Source: an uncultured Methanotrichaceae archaeon (GTDB lineage Archaea > Halobacteriota > Methanosarcinia > Methanotrichales > Methanotrichaceae). From it: 64,000 bases of DNA. The DNA is taken from assembly GCA_964518035.1 (NCBI GenBank), contig CAZFFD010000001.1, positions 9,386 through 73,385 of the forward strand, given 5' to 3'. This document shows, piece after piece, positions 47,918 through 55,437 of the stretch. A program made the position numbers and the translations under genes. The notes beneath the pieces were generated by a model. The model was given only the letters and a program-made list of their open reading frames with translations. It had not been told where the DNA came from and made no database searches. Numbering within the stretch: position 1 is the stretch's first letter; every line of letters begins with the position of its first letter.

Positions 47918-49437
47918 ATCGGAAATTGATCTGCATTCTGGTCATATTTGCCATTCTCTTATCAGTACAAAACGTGGTAGGCCCGGCCACAAAATCGTCG
48001 GGATCGACCAGCGGAGGTGGCGGTGGTGGGGGCAGCAAGCCGGTCGATATCGACAAATTGCTCAAGGCAGTGGAAGACGGAAAGAAGAACAAGCCGGATA
48101 CGTTCGAAGAGCTGAAGACCATACTCTGGAAGGACCCGATTACAAGCGAAAACTACACTCTTCCCACTGTGCTGATGTACTACAATGGAAATAACACTAC
48201 AGTCAGCCGGACAGAGCCGATAGATATTATCACCGTGGTCACAAACAACAATCCTCTTGAGATGCGGCGGATGCTCGATCTATATCTTGAGGTAAAGGAC
48301 CCTGGGGAGAGCGTGTATCGGCGGGTCAACTCCTGGCCTGAGAAAATTCAGACCAATGAGTATAACGAAAAACACAATACCACTCAGAGGACTTGGACAA
48401 TGCTGCCATCTTTTCTCTACCTTAAAAAGGTCGGAGAGGTGAGGCTGAGAGTTAATGTGAGCGATGGTGTCAATAAATGGAGCACAGCCAGCTATTCCAG
48501 GGTCAATCCGCCGTTTTACGGCGATCTGGTCTTCAATGTAACAAACAGCCTGCCCAACATGAGCTCCTTTGAGGTGACTCCATCGGGTCTCGTCAGATAT
48601 AATGATCCCATTGAGTACAGGTCGATCATTGAAGACGCAGACGGAGATATGCTAAACGTAACCCTGCATATTCTTGATGAGAACGGCAATGAGTTCAAGA
48701 ATGAAACTATCAACACCAAACCGGGTCCTTTGAGCTTCAAAGCCAATGAATATGGATTCTTTGCAGAAAGCGATTCGGGAAAGAACTTCACTTACTACTA
48801 CAGCTATGATGATGGCATAGGCAACGTCAGCAAAGATCCAGAAGCGCCCTTGAAGGGTCCAAATATCAAAAAAGGCGCCAAGCTCTCTGTGGATCGTCTA
48901 GACTTTACCGGCAGTAGCGAAAATTACTACTGGTGGGATAAATATGGATTTTCCATAAGAGCAAAGAACCTGAACCCGGAGGAATACGAGGTCTCATTTG
49001 CCCTCAGCACCAGGACTGAAAACGGTGAATGGAATACGGTGGAGACCAAGACCGAAAAGATCGGATCTGAGCCTGTGGTTGTGCGCTTCAATAAGACCGA
49101 GCCTTTCAGGGTTACCGATGCCGGCAAGACCTTTTATTACCGGGTCAAATACTCGGAGTATGATCAGAGCGGCAAGGATTCTATGGAGACGAAAGGAGCG
49201 AGGATCAACAGGAAGATCGTGCCCTACAGCATCTACAATAGCGTCATGGTCCTGAATCTCTTTCCGATGTTGTTTATTGTCACGATGATCGGATTTTTCA
49301 TGGAGAGATCTCTCAAGAAGGGAGTCGAGGCTCATGAGCGTTCGTCAAGTGGAGCAGGCACCTCCAGGAAGGAAAGTCCAGCAAGAACCGGCAGGAACTT
49401 TGTGGATTCTATCGCCAAAATGCTTAGGAGGAGATAG
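47914..49437 (+). CDS. Type I single-pass surface glycoprotein with a basic cytoplasmic tail (hypothetical)
   Basis: 507 aa. Signal peptide, SGSTSGGGGGGGSKP linker, sequon-rich ectodomain, C-terminal TM helix VMVLNLFPMLFIVTMIGFFM, then a ~50-aa Arg/Lys/Ser-rich tail. The start overlaps the upstream stop (ATGA). Confidence 0.7.
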   Translation: MNRKLICILVIFAILLSVQNVVGPATKSSGSTSGGGGGGGSKPVDIDKLLKAVEDGKKNKPDTFEELKTILWKDPITSENYTLPTVLMYYNGNNTTVSRTEPIDIITVVTNNNPLEMRRMLDLYLEVKDPGESVYRRVNSWPEKIQTNEYNEKHNTTQRTWTMLPSFLYLKKVGEVRLRVNVSDGVNKWSTASYSRVNPPFYGDLVFNVTNSLPNMSSFEVTPSGLVRYNDPIEYRSIIEDADGDMLNVTLHILDENGNEFKNETINTKPGPLSFKANEYGFFAESDSGKNFTYYYSYDDGIGNVSKDPEAPLKGPNIKKGAKLSVDRLDFTGSSENYYWWDKYGFSIRAKNLNPEEYEVSFALSTRTENGEWNTVETKTEKIGSEPVVVRFNKTEPFRVTDAGKTFYYRVKYSEYDQSGKDSMETKGARINRKIVPYSIYNSVMVLNLFPMLFIVTMIGFFMERSLKKGVEAHERSSSGAGTSRKESPARTGRNFVDSIAKMLRRR

Positions 49438-49439
49438 GC

Positions 49440-50081
49440 ATGGACCCGATTGTGCAATTTCTGATAGATAACCTGTTTGCTGCAGGCACGATTGCGTTGG
49501 TCCTTCTCCTCATTATCGCAGCGGCGTTGCACATCAATAACATAAAAAATGTATATAAATTGATGGGCATCCTGCAGAAAAAGACTGTTGACAAGTCTCA
49601 TTTTTATAAAGAGATGACAGTCTCCCAGGGCTCTAATTTTGCTGCACTTGCTTTTGCATCATGGATAATGCTCTTCGTGGCCATCGCATTTCTCTACTTT
49701 CTGGTCCCAACCGTCTATTCCGTGAGCTTTATGGACTTATCCGAACTGGCATCAAATCCTTTTGGGTTTGCCATATTCGGCATAACCGTGGGTCTGTTGG
49801 CAGCAGTTGTTATCTTCTTCCTGGACAAGCTTCCCGATGACCGGAGGGTGTTCAGGTTAACTGAACTCTACAGCTTTTATGCGATCTCCAAGGGCACAAA
49901 GAAGATGATTGGCCTCACATTAATTGCTCTTTACTGCTCGGTGGTTCTGTCGGCTTATGTCGGCACGATTTATCCGGATAGATCTATGGATGCTCAGCTC
50001 ATCAGCCTTGCCCTGTTGATTGTGTCGGCTGGCATCCTGGTAATGCCGATTTATAAAGAAGCCTGGGAGGCGAGAAGATGA
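49440..50081 (+). CDS. Polytopic membrane protein (hypothetical, about 5 TM helices)
   Basis: 213 aa. ATG lies 2 nt after the upstream stop. Hydrophobic helices at about aa 12-30, 66-90, 108-130, 165-185 and 190-206. Confidence 0.65.
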   Translation: MDPIVQFLIDNLFAAGTIALVLLLIIAAALHINNIKNVYKLMGILQKKTVDKSHFYKEMTVSQGSNFAALAFASWIMLFVAIAFLYFLVPTVYSVSFMDLSELASNPFGFAIFGITVGLLAAVVIFFLDKLPDDRRVFRLTELYSFYAISKGTKKMIGLTLIALYCSVVLSAYVGTIYPDRSMDAQLISLALLIVSAGILVMPIYKEAWEARR

Positions 50082-51739
50082 AGCTATGCATTGTCGGAAT
50101 TGGCGGAGCTGGGGGAAAGGTCACCCAGGAATTTTTGGGAAACGAGGATCTTGAGTTTCCTCTTCTATCCAGGATCACCGGAGCAGAATATGTCTCACCC
50201 GGCACAGTACGAGGTATATGGCTTGAAGCCGACAAAAATGATGCCAAGAACATTCAGCACTTTTTCGGAGATCTGACCGAGGACTGCTACCCCTGTTTTT
50301 ATATTCCTCATGATGCCGTCCCGGATGGATGTGATGTTCATAGAATGGTGCAGGAAAAATATGGCTACGATGTGAAAAAGCAGGGATTTGTCAGAGATGC
50401 TCAGTACCTGAAAGCCATATTCGAGATCTTCGATACCGATCTGCAGATACAGGAGACCGTAGCCAGGACCATGACAAAGGAGATGGTTGAGGCAAAAGGC
50501 GGCGTTCCGGCTGCAAACGGTTCATCCAACAGCCAGGCACCAAATCCCATATTTGATAGCGCCTGGAATGCCATAAGGGGGTTCACAACTCTTGGAAAAG
50601 CAGAATGCGACGGCATACTGTTCATAGTCTCCTTCGGCGGAGGAACTGGAACTGGCTTCATCAATCCGATAATCAATCACATCAGGAATGAAGGCAAAGG
50701 GGCCTATCCTGTCTTTGTTTTAGGCATATTGACGGAACTTGGAGACTTCGCAGACAAAGCCCAGTTCTCCAAGGAGGGTCGGAGAAATCTGGCGGCAATA
50801 AGCGCCCTGTACGATCTGCTCACCAAGGGCAGCGGAGCGAATGGAGTGATAATCGTAGACAATGAGATCATGCTGAAGCGGTTCGGCAATGATTACACTT
50901 CTGCCAACCGCTTCATCCATAAGATCATGCAGCCGGTAGTGGCCGCGCGTGACTACCCGGACGAGATCCCCCCCACTCAGGCCATTGCCGAGCATTCTTC
51001 TGGCGGAGTGTCCAGGCCTCCCATATTTGTGCCGCTCTACGCATCACTGCCCAGAGGCAAGGACCCTGAGGATGCTCTGGTTAAAGCCGCCTTGAGCGAA
51101 GAGGGAAGGCTCTTTGCATGCTCGCCTGAGAAGGCGGATTTTGCGTTCGTATTCTGTAGGGGCTACATAGATTCGGATAAAATTAGAGCGGCCCTATCCA
51201 TGGAGACGGGCATCCCCATTAAAAGCATCTGGCCGATGAGAAAGATGGGCGAGGGAGAGAACGAGATATTGATTCTGCTTCGCAATCCCTATGGCGGAGA
51301 CGCTAAAGCCTATCTTCGAGATGATACCCTGGAGGGCAGGTTTTGCAAGGTGATATCGCTGGCCCTGCAGTACATCCGCCAGAGCCCTGAGGCCCTCTTT
51401 TACATGGGCAAAGAAATGAAAAAAGGAAAGGATGGCGAGTCGGACCAGGTGAGGCTCACCGATGCCTCCAGGCAGGCTCTCAAGGCCTACTTCTTCGGGC
51501 CTGACGGCTCAGGCGAAAAGAGTGGCTTTGTCTATGAGCTGAATGAGGCCAGAAAGAGGCTCCGGGACGGAAAGAAGCCCTTTTTCATCGATCCACTGCG
51601 CATCTTCCAGAAGGAGTCAGTCGCCTCTGATGAGGCAAAGAGATCAAATGGGCCGGCCAAGACTGATGAAGAAATTGCCAGGATCGTTGATGCCAGGATA
51701 CAGGAGCTGATCAAGCAGGGTGTGATAAAGACGCCTTAG
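50078..51739 (+). CDS. Divergent tubulin/FtsZ-superfamily GTPase (CetZ-like N-terminus, long novel C-terminal half)
   Basis: 553 aa. MKLCIVGIGGAGGK (T1 loop, very like the CetZ N-terminus MKxxxIGxGQAGGK). Tubulin signature SFGGGTGTG (nt 50636-50656). VIIVDNEIM (tubulin-like DNE, nt 50858-50866). No signal peptide or TM helix. The start overlaps the upstream stop (ATGA). Confidence 0.7.
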   Translation: MKLCIVGIGGAGGKVTQEFLGNEDLEFPLLSRITGAEYVSPGTVRGIWLEADKNDAKNIQHFFGDLTEDCYPCFYIPHDAVPDGCDVHRMVQEKYGYDVKKQGFVRDAQYLKAIFEIFDTDLQIQETVARTMTKEMVEAKGGVPAANGSSNSQAPNPIFDSAWNAIRGFTTLGKAECDGILFIVSFGGGTGTGFINPIINHIRNEGKGAYPVFVLGILTELGDFADKAQFSKEGRRNLAAISALYDLLTKGSGANGVIIVDNEIMLKRFGNDYTSANRFIHKIMQPVVAARDYPDEIPPTQAIAEHSSGGVSRPPIFVPLYASLPRGKDPEDALVKAALSEEGRLFACSPEKADFAFVFCRGYIDSDKIRAALSMETGIPIKSIWPMRKMGEGENEILILLRNPYGGDAKAYLRDDTLEGRFCKVISLALQYIRQSPEALFYMGKEMKKGKDGESDQVRLTDASRQALKAYFFGPDGSGEKSGFVYELNEARKRLRDGKKPFFIDPLRIFQKESVASDEAKRSNGPAKTDEEIARIVDARIQELIKQGVIKTP

Positions 51740-51905
51740 GGCGAGGGGACGAGCAGGGCAGATTGCCCTTGCTCTTCTTCCGATATTTCCAATACCATCG
51801 CCCAAAACTAATAAATATAAAGCACCTCATCCTGATTTTCGTTAATGCTTCTAATGGACGCAATAGTCGGTGCCAGAAATGGCGCAATTTTTGGGGGTTA
51901 AAATC

Positions 51906-52472
51906 ATGCTCAGTAGATTCCATAGTATCACACGATTGGCATTGGTGGCTCTGTCCATCTTTGCCGCAGCAGGAACAGCTCTATCTCTCGATTGGGATAG
52001 CTACACTCCGGCGCACGCGGTCGGAACCGCGGACGACGAATGGTGGACTGCATATCCCGATCAACATGAAAACGCCGGCTCTTCCGTGGAGCACCTTGAC
52101 TGGGTAATAGACGATCTCAAAGACAAGCCGGTGCTTCTTTTTGTGCATAGCAGCAACTGCAAGCCATGTCTGGCCCAGATGCCCAGAGTCCAATCGGCTG
52201 TAGACAGATTTGGCGATGATCTGCATTATTATGATATTCTGGCAGAAGATAGCGGCTATGAAAAGGCCCTTGGCATTTTGGATGTTTATGATCCGGACGG
52301 CGCAACTCAGTATGTTCCCACAACCATCTTCATCACCCTGGCCAAGAGCCCGGAGGGCGTTGTGGATGTGGTCTGGAACAGCCAAATTGATGCCATGAGC
52401 CAGGATGATATCGACTCTTATGTCGAGGATTCGATATACTACTATAAGGCCAATAGAGACTCCTGGAGCTGA
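51906..52472 (+). CDS. Secreted thioredoxin-fold protein (CxxC)
   Basis: Signal peptide MLSRFHSITRLALVALSIFAAAG. Thioredoxin-like active site LLFVHSSNCKPCLAQ. ATG 51906 is preferred over the track start 51870. Confidence 0.7.
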   Translation: MLSRFHSITRLALVALSIFAAAGTALSLDWDSYTPAHAVGTADDEWWTAYPDQHENAGSSVEHLDWVIDDLKDKPVLLFVHSSNCKPCLAQMPRVQSAVDRFGDDLHYYDILAEDSGYEKALGILDVYDPDGATQYVPTTIFITLAKSPEGVVDVVWNSQIDAMSQDDIDSYVEDSIYYYKANRDSWS

Positions 52473-52474
52473 GG

Positions 52475-53890
52475 GTGGCGGCAATACTGGCTTGCAGAAG
52501 GCCAAGCAAGTTGGAGCTGTTGCCGTCGTCTCCTGCAATGCCTTCAATCCTTTTGGCGGCGGCATTTCTATGCGTTCTCTCTGGCTACGCACTGGCCGAT
52601 GAGGCCGTTGTCGCTCCTGCGTTTACTGCTACGGGAGCAGACGGCGAAAACTTCTCTCTCTCCGACTTTTCCGGCGCGCCCCTGATCCTTCACATCACCA
52701 ACATCGAGATCCCGTTATGTGTTGAATGCGAAGAGTCCCTGAAGGGACAGGTGGAGGAGCTGGCAAGGCTCAGGGCCATGCACCCTGAGGTCCAGATAGC
52801 CACATTGAACCTCCGGAAGAATCCCTACTCACGGGACGGCAGGTCCCTGGCCGAGAAGTGGTGGAAGGTCAATGTCACCTGGCCCTGGGCTGAGGACATC
52901 GAGCCTTATGCTATCGGCAGCAAGTACCTCGACTACTGGAATGTGGATGGCGGATCATCCAATCCCACGCTCCTTCTGATTGACAAGAGCGGCAGCATCG
53001 CCGGGGTCTATCACGTCTACGGAGTAGGAAAGGGCGAGATTGATGGGGTCCAGAGCGCTGAGACGCTTTTCAGCAAGGTTAAAGACCTAGATGCCTCGCG
53101 GTGGCAAGGCCTGGAGGGAGAGATATCCAGGCAGGACGTCTCGGCCTTTGGCATGTTCTTGCTGGGCATTGTGACGTCTCTTGCACCCTGCTCAATTGCT
53201 CTCATGATCGCCGTATTCTCCTATGTCATGACCATCAAGAGGAAGGACGAATACCTGAAGAAGAGCGTCTCCTCCTCCAAAGAGGGATTCATGATGGGAA
53301 TAGCCTTCACATTAGGCATGGCCGCGGTATTCTTTGTTCTGGGGCTTTTCATCTCTCAGGTGGGCCTGTTCATCCGCGACTCCCGGCTATTCGATCTTCT
53401 GGCCGGATTGATCATGATTAGTCTCGGCATCAGCAACATCAAGCCTATCGAGGAGATCCTGGAGCCCATCACCTCACGGCTTCGTCCAGCCGGAGGAGAG
53501 CATTGCGAGACCAAAAAGAGCCTGCTACAGAGATCCGTTGAGGCATCTGTTGCCCTTTTCAAGCACTCTGCCTTTGTCGGAGCGTTTGCCCTCGGAATAT
53601 TCTTTGCCCTCGGCTGGGCTCCCTGCGCCCTCTCAATGGTTTTGCCGGTATTGATCTGGCTCGCGTCGCAAGATGTCACTCCTCTGGCCGGAGGCGTGAT
53701 GCTCTTCATCTTCGGAGTAGGACACGGCGTGCCCATCATCCCCATAGCCACATTTTCGAGAGCTGTGGGTGGAAGGATCGGAGAGAAGTATGTCTCCATC
53801 GGTGCCTGGACCACCAAATTCTTCGGAGTGCTGGTGATAGCTGTGGGCGTGGTTTATGCTGCGAGGTATGCAGGATTCCTGTTGTGGTGA
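52475..53890 (+). CDS. Fusion of an extracytoplasmic TlpA/redoxin-like thioredoxin domain and a CcdA/DsbD-type transmembrane electron-transfer domain
   Basis: N-terminal domain with ILHITNIEIPLCVECEE (CxxC). C-terminal six-helix region with CcdA-like SLAPCSIALM and LGWAPCAL motifs. An alternative start is ATG 52538. Confidence 0.75.
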   Translation: MAAILACRRPSKLELLPSSPAMPSILLAAAFLCVLSGYALADEAVVAPAFTATGADGENFSLSDFSGAPLILHITNIEIPLCVECEESLKGQVEELARLRAMHPEVQIATLNLRKNPYSRDGRSLAEKWWKVNVTWPWAEDIEPYAIGSKYLDYWNVDGGSSNPTLLLIDKSGSIAGVYHVYGVGKGEIDGVQSAETLFSKVKDLDASRWQGLEGEISRQDVSAFGMFLLGIVTSLAPCSIALMIAVFSYVMTIKRKDEYLKKSVSSSKEGFMMGIAFTLGMAAVFFVLGLFISQVGLFIRDSRLFDLLAGLIMISLGISNIKPIEEILEPITSRLRPAGGEHCETKKSLLQRSVEASVALFKHSAFVGAFALGIFFALGWAPCALSMVLPVLIWLASQDVTPLAGGVMLFIFGVGHGVPIIPIATFSRAVGGRIGEKYVSIGAWTTKFFGVLVIAVGVVYAARYAGFLLW

Positions 53891-53984
53891 GATAAGGCTT
53901 CGATTCTTTTTTTGTCTTTCTTGTGCTTTGCGGCCCAAAAGCGCCCCGAAATCGCCAGGCCAGGTCTGCGTATCCCGTAACCTC

Positions 53985-53992
53985 TTTATAAT
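53985..53992 (+). promoter_or_regulatory. TATA-box-like element, probably giving a leaderless or short-leader transcript
   Basis: TTTATAAT ends 21 nt before ATG 54013, with no Shine-Dalgarno sequence in between. Confidence 0.4.
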
Positions 53993-54012
53993 CTTCACGA
54001 TAACATGCTGTC

Positions 54013-54624
54013 ATGAAAAATCATTTAGCTCTTCTATTAATCTCACTCATCTTGCTCCTGTCAAACCAGGCAGGTGCATCCTACTGGTTCCAGGTGATCA
54101 ATGTAACTCCCATAGAAATGATGCCCAACAGCGAGGCCAACTTCACCGTATCCGTCAAGGGCCTGGGAAGCGATAGGGCCTACGTGGAGCTGGTCTTCAA
54201 GAACATAACTAAAGGGCTGGACTTCACCTGTCCCAAGATGATCAAAAACGTCTATCCTGCCGGTGTTACCAAATACAACTGCTCTGTCAAGGTCGGAGAT
54301 CTGCCCGAGGGCAACTACTCCTTTGAGGTGGATGTTGCTGCTCATAGCTCTCCATCCGGCAAGAAGGTCGCATTTGTCAATGTGGTAACGGATGCGGGAC
54401 TGCCGGAGGCTCAGCCCGAAGATGAGACAAATCCATCCGGGCAGGCAAATCGCGAGGTTGAAGCAGATGAAAACCATCAGCCCCAATCCAGCATTCTCGC
54501 AGATAACCCTACAGACAACTCTGCCAATAGCCCTGCCGATCAGGAAGCACAGGAGTCGCCAGCGCCCGGAGCCGCTGCAGCAATTCTCGTCTTGATGCTT
54601 GTCATGAGACGGATGGGCAGATAG
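54013..54624 (+). CDS. Secreted CARDB/Ig-like domain protein with a low-complexity linker and a PGF-CTERM-like anchor (hypothetical)
   Basis: 203 aa. Signal peptide, about 110-aa beta domain, acidic/Pro/Asn/Gln linker, and C-terminal SPAPGAAAAILVLMLVMRRMGR. Confidence 0.6.
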   Translation: MKNHLALLLISLILLLSNQAGASYWFQVINVTPIEMMPNSEANFTVSVKGLGSDRAYVELVFKNITKGLDFTCPKMIKNVYPAGVTKYNCSVKVGDLPEGNYSFEVDVAAHSSPSGKKVAFVNVVTDAGLPEAQPEDETNPSGQANREVEADENHQPQSSILADNPTDNSANSPADQEAQESPAPGAAAAILVLMLVMRRMGR

Positions 54625-54783
54625 CTAGCAGAGATAGAGAACGATAGAGACATCCACTCTTTTTTTATCCAAATTTTTTCTTAACGTGCTGTCCTGCAGG
54701 TTCATTTCAAGCCAAATTCACATAGTGGCGTTTATAGTCGCCCAAAACATTTTCATACTACTATTAAGTAATTACATAGCAAT

Positions 54784-55434
54784 ATGAATTCAATCGTCAA
54801 AGTGGTCATGGCTATATGGTTAAGCCTGATATTCGGGTCGGTTGGATTGCCATTGGCTGTGGCCCAGTCGATGCAGTCCGGTGACTTGGCTTCATCCTCA
54901 TCGCCCCAAATCTATGGCTTCAATCTCTCGCCAGAAGAATTGATCCTGGGTGACACGCCCTTTGCTGTTGCCCTGCAAGCTCATGTTGCAGATGATGATG
55001 GCGATATCGATTCAATTGAGGCAATCTTTTCCAGTCCCTCAAAGAGCCAATTCAAGCGAGCCCTCATGAATCACACGAATCTCATATCCGGAGATGCCAA
55101 GAACGGATCTTATGCCACGAACATAGATTTTTCCCAGTCCTGTGAGGTTGGCCTCTGGACTCTTGATTATCTCATTGCCTGCGATAGAGCCGGGAACTGC
55201 AGGAGAATTGATGCAGCTCTTGCTGAGAAGCTCGGCTATCCAGTAAAGCTGCATATCTCAAAAATCTCCGATCCGGATTCTATCCTGGAGTCTGATGGGA
55301 GTTTCGCAGGCAACGACATCTTTCCAGATCCAAATGAGCTGCGGGGCTGGGCAGATTCTGAGAATAGGTTTTCTGCTCAAAAGAAGATCATCATCAATAG
55401 CATATTCAATCGGCCAGCCATCTGCTGGCCGTGA
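54784..55434 (+). CDS. Secreted hypothetical protein
   Basis: 216 aa with signal peptide MNSIVKVVMAIWLSLIFGSVGLPLAVAQS. No recognised motif. Confidence 0.5.
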   Translation: MNSIVKVVMAIWLSLIFGSVGLPLAVAQSMQSGDLASSSSPQIYGFNLSPEELILGDTPFAVALQAHVADDDGDIDSIEAIFSSPSKSQFKRALMNHTNLISGDAKNGSYATNIDFSQSCEVGLWTLDYLIACDRAGNCRRIDAALAEKLGYPVKLHISKISDPDSILESDGSFAGNDIFPDPNELRGWADSENRFSAQKKIIINSIFNRPAICWP

Positions 55435-55437
55435 GTT

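Noticed and set aside
48013-48031. A G-rich run (GGAGGTGGCGGTGGTGGGGGC), considered as a possible G-quadruplex or regulatory element.
   Set aside because: It encodes the Gly7 linker of the 507-aa surface protein in frame. The coding explanation is sufficient.
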